Positions 11,030-21,069 of a stretch of DNA of 64,000 bases are shown piece by piece. Origin of the DNA: Blepharisma stoltei ATCC 30299 (taxonomy: Eukaryota; Protista; Ciliophora); assembly GCA_965603825.1 (NCBI GenBank), contig CBFDEM010000011.1:434001-498000 (forward strand), given 5' to 3'. Below the pieces are notes generated by a model. The model saw nothing but the letters and a program-made list of their open reading frames with translations. It searched no databases and was not told the DNA's origin. Both the position numbers and the translations under genes were made by a program. Each line of letters opens with the position of its first letter. Position 1 is the first letter of the stretch.

Positions 11030-11114
11030 ATTTATTATATTTTTAACATTTATAGATTCTCTAAAAATATACAGAAATCTAACCATAATAATAAAAATAA
11101 TAATTAAGCTATTG

Positions 11115-12131
11115 ATGTCTTACTCATGCATTAAAAGGCTTAATTCGTTGCTTATTCTCTATATAATTTCAGCTTATTGCTTGGAACATTCTGAACAAAG
11201 CACAGAATCTGGCTATTACCCTACAATAGGAATACTGTCAACCCCAATTGAGAAAAGAGATGCTCAGTCTAATTCCAAATATTCAATGTTTATCTCAGGC
11301 ACATATGTAAAACATATAGAATCTGCTGGAATAAGGCCTGTACCTATCTGAAACAATTCAACATATAAAGAAATTGATTTGATTATGTCAAAAATTAATG
11401 GTGCTTTATATTTAGGACTTTATTTAATAGGAGGCAAAACACTCCTTGTTGCCAAAAATGATGATGGCTCATTGAAATATAGTAAATACATGAAAAAAGT
11501 TATTTATATGATAAAAAAGGCTATTAAGAAAAATGATAATGGGGAATATTTTTCAATTTTTGGGACTTGTTTAGGGCTTGAAGTCCTTTTTATATATGCT
11601 GCGAATGAGTATATTTTAGAGAGCTTCAATTCCACCCGATATAGATCAAACTTAATCTTCAGTGAAGATGCTCCTTTTTCAAAAATTTTAAAAAATGCAG
11701 ATCCAAAAATGCTTAATTTTATGGCCAAAGCTAACATTACATTTGAAAATCATGGAAAAGGCATAAGTCCAGCTACTTATTTAAGTAAATATTATATAGA
11801 ATATCCAAATCTACAAAAAATGTTTAAACCAATTGCATATTCTAGAGATCGTCAAGGCAATTTAAATATTGTTTTAGCAGAAGGCAACAAATATCCATTT
11901 TATGGGCTGATGTTCCACCCGGAAAAACCAGCCTATGAATTTTTCTTTTCTACTATAAGTCATGATTTTCGAGCAATAGAAATTGGGCAATATTTTGCTA
12001 GGTTTTTTGCTGAAGAATTAAAAAAAAATCCTAAAAGATTTATATATGAGGAAGAATATATAGAATATTCATTACAAAAATACGACACAATATATCTACA
12101 CAATCCATATGAAATCGTGTATTTAGCTTAA
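11115..12131 (+). CDS. GGH: Gamma-glutamyl hydrolase (peptidase C26), secreted/lysosomal; two probable 15-nt introns
   Basis: Signal-peptide-like N-terminus, PTIGIL, YVKHIESAG, GTCLG (catalytic Cys), FHPEK (His/Glu). TGA=Trp at 11349. Candidate introns at 11401-11415 and 11785-11799. Confidence 0.85.
11401..11415 (+). other. 15-nt intron (GTGCTTTATATTTAG)
   Basis: GT..AG, A six nt from the 3' end. Removal restores NG-x4-GG spacing (INGLYLIGG) typical of GGH. It has no stop, so it is not obligatory. Confidence 0.6.
11785..11799 (+). other. 15-nt intron (GTAAATATTATATAG)
   Basis: GTAA..TAG, AT-rich, A at position 10. In frame and stop-free, so inferred from consensus. Confidence 0.65.
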
Positions 12132-12540
12132 TAGGAGTCTTCATTATAATAGTTATTATAATTGTGCTTAAAAACTGATATAAAATTTTACAATTATTAT
12201 TATTATTAAAGCTATGAAAAATTGTATCAGAATTATGATGGCTCTACAATTTTTTAGAAATTGTTTTAGCAATTAAGATTCTACAGTTTTTTAAAAATAT
12301 CGAAATTTATTTTGAAAACTGTAGAAACATAAACAATATGGTATTTTTATAAAATTACAAAGCATAATTTTCTTATGCAATTATTATTTAAAAATCAATA
12401 ATGAAGAATTGGCAATCAGACTTGTGCAATTTATTAGTTTATTATATCTGAAATTAATATTAATAATTCGCTAATTTATTCAAAAAATTGTATAATTATA
12501 ATATAAAATTATAAATTAATAAAAATTAATTATATTTATG

Positions 12541-13401
12541 CTAGTTTAGCGTACTTGTATGCATTCTCTTATTAGGACTTAATGAAAGTCTTATAGGTGT
12601 TGCGGTCAAAGATCTATTCTGCATTCGAAAAGTAAGATTCCCTCTATTTCTCACCGCAGCTGTAGAATTCCTTTCTTTATTATTTGCCTCAATACTCTGT
12701 GCATTCGCTATTTCTCTTCTAAGATTATCATACTTCTTTATAATTATGCTCATTTCTCTAGATTTTTGCTTATTCAGCTCATCTAATCCAGTTTTCAATC
12801 TTTTCTTCAAATTTTCCGCTTCTCTTTCTGCCTTTGCTTCGAAATTCCCCATATGCTGGTCAATCTTATTTTTCCTGGCTTCCAAATATCGATCATGTTC
12901 ATATACTTTTTCTTCTTCAATCTGTCTCAATAAACTGTCAGCTTCAATATACTTCTGAGCGAGCACAGCTTTTTCTTTGCATTTAATTAAATTAAGCAGC
13001 TGTGTGCTAGGCTTATAATTTTTTGGTATGCATTTTTCAAGCCTCTCCCTTTCAGCCCTGCACTGTTCTCTATGCTTTTGCATCATTTTGGTTTCCTGCT
13101 CATTGCATTTCTCAATATACTCTTTTATAAGAGAATTTCAATGCAAATTAAACTCGGCCAGCTCTCTTTGGTAGGAATTTTCTACCATATCTTTTTCTTC
13201 GCCTTGTCTTGATTTTAATTCCAAAACCTGTTCTTTTTTGTATTTTTGTTTTAATTCAGCAATTTTTTGTATTATCATTTCAGCTTCTATGTAGCGTTCT
13301 TGGGCTTCAAAAGCTTTTTGTTCTTCTCTGAGACAGTTGATTTTTATAGCAATTTCACTGTCAGTAGTTGTTAATAAAGATTGAGAGGTTGAATGAGTCA
13401 T
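12541..13401 (-). CDS. Coiled-coil protein, unknown function
   Basis: Track ORFs 13138-13401 and 12541-13086 join via TGA=Trp (EFNLH-W-NSLIKEYIEK), with no other stop between. Confidence 0.8.
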
Positions 13402-13465
13402 ATTTATTAAGATAATTCAATGAAGATTTTGTTTATTCTCAACATCATTTTGGTATAAACTAGAA

Positions 13466-14779
13466 ATGGAAGACTTAGTCACTGAAAACCTAAAAAGGAC
13501 TTATTGCCTATTTGCAGCTAACCAAGGTGCTAGAGTCAAAAGGCCTCGTGATATAGATATTCTTGTAAATGACACAAAATCCCGCTCCTTTTATAAAGGA
13601 ATTCCTGATGTAGTAGAAGAAGTGATTAAAAAGAGAAAAATTGAAGAAAAAAAGCTTGAAAACCCCAGCTATAACCCGAATACAGATATTGACTCGTTAA
13701 AAGCATTGCTTAGCAGACGAGAAGAAGAATCAAAATCCTCGCAATTGGCGATTTTCCAAGACAAACATTTAAATCTTAGGCTGAAAACAATAGAGCCTGT
13801 ATGGCATCCTCAATGGAAACTTATGAGGGTTATAAGTGGTCACCAAGGCTGGGTGCGCTGCATAACAGTTGACCCTACGAATAGCTGGTTTGCAACTGGT
13901 AGCAATGACCGTATGATAAAAATTTGGGATTTGGCGAGTGGACAATTAAAGCTTTCCCTTGTAGGGCATATTAATGCAGTTAGGGATTTAGTGGCAAGTG
14001 ACAGACATTCATATTTGTTTTCATGCAGTGAAGATAAGACCATAAATTGCTGGGACTTGGAGTATAATAAAATTATTAGGCATTACCATGGGCATTTGAA
14101 TGGGGTGTATTCGTTGTCTATACATCCAACGCTAGATTTGCTGTTTAGTACAAGTAGAGATTGTACGTGTAGAGTATGGGATATTAGGACAAAAGCTCAA
14201 GTTATGGTACTTGAAGGACACACAGGAACTGTTTGGGATGTGGCTTCCCAAGCTCCTGAGCCACAAATAATTACAGGTTCTGCAGATACCTTTATAAAAC
14301 TATGAGATTTATCAACAGGAAGATGCATGAACACTCTAACAAGGCATAAAAAAGCTATTAGAGCTGTAAAATTCCATCATGAAGATTATGCTTTTATATC
14401 AGCTGCAGCTGATAACTTAAAACTTTGAAAATGCCCAGAAGGTGAATTTTTAAGAAATTTTCCAGGAAATGGGTCAATAATCAACGATATTGCTATAAAT
14501 GAAGACAATGTTCTAGTAACAGGAGGAGATGACGGAGTCTTATCTTTTTGGGACTATTCCTCAGGTTATAATTTTCAAAATATCCAAACACAAGTCCAGC
14601 CAGGCTCACTAAGCTGTGAAGCTGGTATTTTTGCTACATGTTTCGATAGGTCTGGCCTTAGACTTATTACAGCTGAATGTGACAAAACTATCAAGATTTA
14701 TAAAGAAGACGAAAATTCTTCAATTTCTTCCCACCCTATCCCTCCAGAAGCCAAAGTGTTTATTAAACCTAAATATTAA
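13466..14779 (+). CDS. PLRG1: Pleiotropic regulator 1 / Prp46 (WD40 spliceosomal NTC protein)
   Basis: [70 protein letters not shown]=Trp at 14303 (KL-W-D) and 14426 (KL-W-K). TAA at 14777-14779. Confidence 0.95.
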
Positions 14780-14783
14780 TTTC

Positions 14784-15452
14784 TTATTTTCTTCCTCTTC
14801 TGTTACTCATCGGCACATTTCTTCTCTGATTTCTCCTATCAGCCATCTCCACACTCAATATATGATGCCCAAGCGGATAATCCTTAAACTGTTTTATAGC
14901 TTTTTCAGCCTCCGCTTTGGTATCAAAATGGACAAACGCAAAATCTCTTGGCAAGTTATCATCCCTTCCCCTCGGAATAAACACTTTTCTTACCCTTCCA
15001 GCAGTCCCGAACAAGTTTTGCAGTACATCTTGGTCAATATTATCAGGCAAGTTTGACACTTTGACGCTAAATTCTTCTCTTTCAGTGACAATTGGTCTCC
15101 TTGTTTTTTGTTCTTCAGTTTCCCCTGACATGATGGCTCTTTCTCTCCTTGTCAGAGCGTCAAGTTTTTCTTTATGGGCTCTATTAAGATTGAACTTGGT
15201 AATATTTTCTTCAGCTCTGACTTGTGATGATTTTTGTAGGAAAACTTCTTTGTCTTCGATATTTATGGAACCTTCAATGTCTCCTTTAGATAGATTTTTA
15301 CAGTCACCGAATTTTGGTAAAGTTTTACGTCTCTCGATGTCTGGGTTGGTAATCACAGTTTTGTTCTGGATTTTTATGTGGGTGGTGATTTTGTAGGTGC
15401 CGTCTGCTGTCGCTTCTATGTGCTCTCTTTCGATGTAATCTGCGTCAGCCAT
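14784..15452 (-). CDS. EIF3G: Translation initiation factor 3 subunit G
   Basis: ERRKTLPKFGD N-terminal motif and a C-terminal RRM (VKVSNL...RDFAFVHF...HHILSVEMA). Confidence 0.8.
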   Translation of the reverse strand: MADADYIEREHIEATADGTYKITTHIKIQNKTVITNPDIERRKTLPKFGDCKNLSKGDIEGSINIEDKEVFLQKSSQVRAEENITKFNLNRAHKEKLDALTRRERAIMSGETEEQKTRRPIVTEREEFSVKVSNLPDNIDQDVLQNLFGTAGRVRKVFIPRGRDDNLPRDFAFVHFDTKAEAEKAIKQFKDYPLGHHILSVEMADRRNQRRNVPMSNRRGRK

Positions 15453-15459
15453 TTATTAA

Positions 15460-16134
15460 ATGATCACAAAGCTCTATATGGACTTCTTATCCCAGCCAAG
15501 TCGGGCTGTATTGACTGTATTTTTGTTAGGAAAAATCCCTGTAGAAATTGTAGAAACCCGCGCACACAGGGATACCAGAAAAGAAGAATTTTTAAAAATA
15601 TTTGAGGCAGGGACTGTCCCTGCTATACAAGATGATAATATTTCTCTATATGAAAGTCATGCAATTATGGAATATTTGATAGACAAATATAGGCCAAATG
15701 ATAAACTTTTCCCTCAAAATTTGATAATTCGAGCGAAAATTAATTCGTATTTACATTGGCATCATAATAATGTAAGAAGAGGGATTCATGGCTTTCTTGA
15801 ATATAGCAGATTTATGCCAAGAGTGATGGGATATCAGCCTTCAGAAGATGTGGTAAATTTTTTAAGGGAAATTAAAGTAAAAACTTTGGAGTTTTTAGAT
15901 AAAAAGCTTGAAAAAAATGAATTTGTAGCTGGGACAGAAAATATGTCAATTGCTGACATTTCGTGCTTCTGTGAGATTGTTCAATTAAGATTTATTGGAG
16001 AAGATTTGTCTATTTATCCACATATAATTCGTTGGAAGAAATCAATATGGGCGCTTCCAGAAATCCAAAACTCCCACCAGACTTTTCTAAAAATCATGAA
16101 AAATATATCTCAAAATTCTGAAATTTTAAGGTAA
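15460..16134 (+). CDS. Glutathione S-transferase, theta class
   Basis: LYMDFLSQPSRAV, VPAIQD, LYESHAIMEYL, YLHWHH, SIADI. Confidence 0.9.
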   Translation: MITKLYMDFLSQPSRAVLTVFLLGKIPVEIVETRAHRDTRKEEFLKIFEAGTVPAIQDDNISLYESHAIMEYLIDKYRPNDKLFPQNLIIRAKINSYLHWHHNNVRRGIHGFLEYSRFMPRVMGYQPSEDVVNFLREIKVKTLEFLDKKLEKNEFVAGTENMSIADISCFCEIVQLRFIGEDLSIYPHIIRWKKSIWALPEIQNSHQTFLKIMKNISQNSEILR

Positions 16135-16157
16135 AGCAGTTTCTTATTAAATTTAGC

Positions 16158-16823
16158 TTAAAGTTTAATATATCCATTGAAAATTTCATTTCTTCTGCCT
16201 GCTCTTAATTGTCTGAATGCAATAATAGCAATTGCTATAACCCCAACTCCTATGCCTATTTCACTAGTCATGCTTTCTTGATCTGTATGAATAGTTTTTA
16301 TCCCACAAAATTTTTCAAGGCATTGAGGGATGCATGTTTTTAGGTCTTTTCCAAGGCATAATTCATTACATAAATTTCGACAGTCAGGGTCTACTCCAGC
16401 TTGGTCAACATTAAATATTGAAACTGCAGGTGGATTAGAATACGCCGAAAGGGTAGATTCCGATGGTGAAGACTCTCCAGCAGTTTTATTATTGCTTGTT
16501 TCTTCAGGTGGAACAGGAATTAAATAAGATTTGCAGCCACAAAAATTAAAACAATCAAAGAGCTTCTTTTCTTTATTGCAGTCTTCTAAACAATAAAGAC
16601 TGCATCCCATCTTTTCTTCGAATCATTTTACATCCTCATCTGTCACATTACGAAAGTTAATCTTGTTATCTTTAAAATCCACAGAAAACGCCTCAGTCAT
16701 ATCTGATTTTTCAAGACATTCACATTTAAGGTCGCACGAAGGCTTGTCTATGCAATTTGGATGGCAAGATATTCTGCAGCTGATGGCCAGAGAGAAGAAG
16801 CTTCAGAATAAGAAGACCACCAT
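16158..16823 (-). CDS. Cys-rich single-pass membrane/surface protein
   Basis: ATG at 16823, two TGA=Trp. Signal-like MVVFLFWSFFSLAISC, Cx3C clusters, TM segment IGIGVGVIAIAIIAF, short tail ending GYIKL. Confidence 0.7.
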
Positions 16824-17410
16824 TGGATTATATTTTCTGGTAATAAACGACTAGATATTAGAAGATCTAAAATCGATTAAAATTTGTTGCACAAATTTTA
16901 AGGGAGATTAAAGCGAGAAGAGATTGTAACTGAATTAGTTTTGGGCGATATGTAAAGAAAAAGAAGTAAAGTGAATCATTTTTAAAGAATGAGAGGTGAG
17001 GAATTTATAGAAAGTAGAGAGAAAATTCAGGGGTTACTTTGCAATGATTTATTGATTTTTTAATAAAGGTAGAATTTTGTTTAATAATAAAGAAAAATAT
17101 ATATGTTGACTTGTAAAAAAGAAAATATTTTTGCAATAAGCTTGAGTAGAAAACTGATAGGAACCTTAATTTGAGGATTTTAGGATAAGATTAGCTATTT
17201 ATTTAATCACATGGCTCGAATAAATTTAATATTAGTATCCGTTTTAGACCATCTATTATAAAATCACTCTCTATTATCAAGCCTAGAGCGTTTAAAATAA
17301 AATATATCCACTCTATTTAATTTCAGCAGATATTTTAACTTTACCCGAATTAATTGCTGCTCTTTTAATATCTATTTCTACTTTCATAAGAAAAAATTTA
17401 TTATACAAAA

Positions 17411-18181
17411 TTATTGGATTTGTATTTGGTAGACTTGCCTCCCTTTAAACTTCTCCCATAGTCTAGCGCACTCTACTCCGCAATCATTTTCTCTTCCTCT
17501 ACAGTTTTCTCTTTTCGTCAATGTAAGTACATCGTCATCGATCATTAGCTCTAAATTCCCATTTCCGCTAGCATTAATAAACATATCATATTTTTCGGAA
17601 TACCTGAACATTTTTCTTTCCTCTCTTTCTCTAAACATCCTCAATTGGCACATAAATCCTAAATTCGGATCAGCTAATGGGTGCAAGTTTTTAATTCTCC
17701 TAAAAGCTTCTGATTCTCCTATCCCTTCTGCGTGCATCAAGAAAGCACAAGCAATAGTAGGTGCTCTTGATATTCCTCTCAAGCAATGCACTAAAACCTT
17801 CCCTCCATGCTCAATTGCAGAAGAAATAAATTCAATTGCAAAATATATGAAGAAAAGTATGTCGATTTTCGGGTTGTCAGGGATTTTCAAATTTTTGTAA
17901 GTAAATCGCCCAGGGAAGCGATTTGGGCACTTTTCTTCTCCCACAAGGTTTAAAATGTGAGTTATTCCTTCTGAGACAAGACTTTGGGAATTTGTTGCTG
18001 AGTTGTACCCTGATATGTAAAAATTCGGGGAAATTTGGATTATTGTACTAGTAGTTGGAGCTTCTGGGACTTCAGAGACTTGTAGAGTAGGCATTTTTAA
18101 AGTAGGAGGTGGCCCTCGTTTGCGTTTTGGGAGGATATGCATAACCTCAGATTGAACTGCACCAGACATAATTATTACCAT
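17411..18181 (-). CDS. Dual-specificity protein phosphatase
   Basis: GITHILNL, VLVHCLRGISRA (HCx5R), PNLGFMCQL. Confidence 0.9.
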   Translation of the reverse strand: MVIIMSGAVQSEVMHILPKRKRGPPPTLKMPTLQVSEVPEAPTTSTIIQISPNFYISGYNSATNSQSLVSEGITHILNLVGEEKCPNRFPGRFTYKNLKIPDNPKIDILFFIYFAIEFISSAIEHGGKVLVHCLRGISRAPTIACAFLMHAEGIGESEAFRRIKNLHPLADPNLGFMCQLRMFREREERKMFRYSEKYDMFINASGNGNLELMIDDDVLTLTKRENCRGRENDCGVECARLWEKFKGRQVYQIQIQ

Positions 18182-18472
18182 TTTTTTGTTACTGAGTTGT
18201 TTATCTCAACATACACGTGTGAAATTGAAGAGGAAAAAATAAAGAGAGAACTCAGGGATTTTTACATAAATAACTGACAATAGAAAAGAATTTTAAGAAT
18301 TTTAAAGGAAATTGAGAAATAGGTGAGGCAGATAGATGAAAGGTTTAATTAAGCCTAAAAATTGAATAAATAAAGAATCTGATTAATTTTTGCAATAAAA
18401 AACGCTTAGCAGTTTAAATTTATGAAAATATGGAATTGCTGGGAAAATATGAAAAAATCGTCATTTTTCTCC

Positions 18473-19650
18473 ATGGAAGAGAATTTTATTGAGACTCCAT
18501 GATGACTGCTGTTGCTCACTTGCAGGAAACTTGATGGAAGATCCAGTTCTGGCTCCAGATGGCCAGATTTATGAGCTGACTACAATTATTGCTTAATTTA
18601 AAAACCAAAAATCTATACCTTTATCAGGTTTGACTTTGAAAAGCACATCTACTACTCTCTTGCAGCTAGGATTAAAAGCTTTAAAGAAATTATCTTAAAG
18701 CTTCAGCAAGAAAATATACTAAAGCAGATTTATTGGAGCCATTATTATTAGAAAGCGCTCCTTAAAGATTATTCGCAAAAGGAAATTTACAAATATCACA
18801 AATTTATAAAGAAAGCAGAATGGCAAGTAAATTAGAAGCAATGGCTAATGCTTATCAATGAAGTATTAGAAATTTCCAAGGATGGGATTAATTCTTATCT
18901 GATGCTAAAAATTCTAATCTGGGCCAATTTAAGAACTTGAAGAGTTAAAAAGTGAAAACATGACCAAGAATCTGAGAAAAATTATAGAAAAACCTGTTCT
19001 TCCTATAAGGATAGAGTTTTTTTCTAGCTTAAAATCTCGTTAAATCTTATCAGGCATCCATGCAAATTACCAAACCCCAACTCTTTACCATTTTAAAGAA
19101 ATCAGCAGGAAGACTTATATATGTATTCTCAACAAAAAAATAAACGAGAAAAATTAATACACCTGAATACTCATAAAGACTCAAATTATGTCACATGCAT
19201 TGTCTAACTTTAAAATGATGAATTATTTTGCAACAAAAATCAGTAGCTACATTAATAATGATAAAAATTATATAGATCGAGCGATGCCCTTATTTTGTGC
19301 TCTTAGTTATCTATTTCAACAGATCTGTTTATTGTTTTGGAGGAATAAATAATATCATGAAAGCGTTAATTTTATCTTGGAGATTTGACTTGGATAAAAA
19401 ACCGATGAGCTAGCTTAGTTCTTTGCTAAGAGGTGATCAGTGTTGCTATAGTGTAATATTTAATAGGAATATTTTGATTTATTTTGCATGTTCTGCTGAG
19501 CATAATCTTTTTCTGCAATTCCTTATGAGTTATAGAAAAATTCTGGTAAATGCGGAGAGATTTATTGATGAGTGTGAAGAATAAACTGCAAAAGCGAGGA
19601 TGAATATGCCTGGAAATGTGTGGGGAAATCAAACATCATTAATATAAATT
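18473..19650 (+). pseudogene. Decayed U-box plus Kelch-like repeat gene
   Basis: MEENFIETP / frameshift / DDCCCSLAGNLMEDPVLAPDGQIYELTTIIA* (U-box; TAA at the Trp site, 18594). Downstream VIYFNRSVYCFGG (about 19306-19344) and RFDLDK fragments are Kelch-like. Many stops and frameshifts. 3' boundary approximate. Confidence 0.65.
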
Positions 19651-19789
19651 TTTTCAAGTAAATTGCTTATACAGTAATGAAGGAATCTATATTAGCTTTA
19701 TTCATTATATCTCCTCATCAATAAATCCTGCTATTATATTTTTTTCCACTAAAAAGCTTACTGAAATAAAAAAAGACTAATATTAAAAA

Positions 19790-20374
19790 CTAATTAAAAT
19801 TATTTTGTAAATAGTTAAAGAAAGTTTTGCAAGAGTCTATAGAAGCTCTCAGCAGCTCAGCCAGCCTTTCTTGATCTATACCCCCAGTTTCCTGCAGCAT
19901 CACAATTTCATCTGTATTAACTAAATACCCCACAATTACTTGTGGGCTTCCTTCTTGATTAATTACTATTTTTTCTCCATTTCTTGCAGCAGAGCAGGCA
20001 ATTAGCGTATCTCTCATCTCAATCCCAGCGTCTAAAAGTGATAAAGTCGCTGCATTGATCATCAATGGCAAAGCAGTGCTTTCTTTTCCTTCAATTATCT
20101 GGATTTTTATTTCTATTACTGCTTTAGGGTATCTGTCAACAAGTATGGTAGATCCAAAGGCAGATTTAATAAATTGGGAATGGGCAGACTCAATCTGTAA
20201 TGTAGCTTGGGAATGACGGACGTATTCTTCACTGCTTGATAACTCATAATATTCTTTAGGCCCATTTACAGTAGCAAGAATTTTGTGACTTTGGGACTCT
20301 AGATATGCAGAGCCTGACGCTGTTTTGTCAAAGCTTTTGGAAAAGCTCCATGCTTCTGCTACAAGTTCTTCCAT
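19790..20374 (-). CDS. Exosome RNase PH-ring subunit (MTR3/RRP41-like)
   Basis: ASGSAYLE...KILATVNGPKE, RYPKAVIEI, INAATLSLLDAGIEMRD. Confidence 0.8.
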   Translation of the reverse strand: MEELVAEAWSFSKSFDKTASGSAYLESQSHKILATVNGPKEYYELSSSEEYVRHSQATLQIESAHSQFIKSAFGSTILVDRYPKAVIEIKIQIIEGKESTALPLMINAATLSLLDAGIEMRDTLIACSAARNGEKIVINQEGSPQVIVGYLVNTDEIVMLQETGGIDQERLAELLRASIDSCKTFFNYLQNNFN

Positions 20375-20513
20375 TTATAAATTAGTCAAAATTTCACTTT
20401 ATTTTTATCAAAAAATTTTGTATTTTTCTTATTTTTATCGATTTTTATTAGAATTTATTTGAAAATTTGATAAAAATTTTCCCTCTATACAAAAAACGGA
20501 TTATTAAATTATT

Positions 20514-21050
20514 ATGAGCGAAGAAGACCGTCTAATCCAAGCTGAAGATGTCCCTGAACAAAAGCATTATCGGACCAGGCTTGCATTATTATCGTCTCTT
20601 CTTGAAGGAATTCTCGTAATTTCTATGCAGGCTATCGTCGGGATCGTAATTTTACTATTATATGATGATGACTGTGAACGGCCAATCCGTCTATGGCTTT
20701 ACGTCCTATCTGCCGTTTTTCTGTTCCACGTTATTTTTTTAGTTCTCATCGAAGCAGTCGCAAAATCAATCCAAAAACGCTCTGGGGCTGGGTCATTTTA
20801 TATCGCTTTAAATTCTATGATACACTCTTTTATATTTTTATGGATTTTAGTTGGAATTGTGTGGATTTTTGAAGACTATGACGAGTGTAAGGACGATTTT
20901 CCTGAAGGTCATGCCTTTACACTATTTGTTGTCTTTTTATATATAGGAATTTTAGCAGCAATTATTCTTGCATTTTTATTACTTACTTGTGTAGTCTGTT
21001 TTGGGTCGTGGCAGATCTCAAAATTTACAAAAGAAAATAAAGAGCAGTAA
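20514..21050 (+). CDS. Four-TM membrane protein resembling the TM region of plant-type membrane RING E3 ligases, without a RING
   Basis: Hydrophobic segments with CERPIRLWL and LWILVGIVWIF...C...P motifs. No RING cysteines before the stop. Confidence 0.55.
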   Translation: MSEEDRLIQAEDVPEQKHYRTRLALLSSLLEGILVISMQAIVGIVILLLYDDDCERPIRLWLYVLSAVFLFHVIFLVLIEAVAKSIQKRSGAGSFYIALNSMIHSFIFLWILVGIVWIFEDYDECKDDFPEGHAFTLFVVFLYIGILAAIILAFLLLTCVVCFGSWQISKFTKENKEQ

Positions 21051-21069
21051 TAATGTTAATCTTTTCTAA

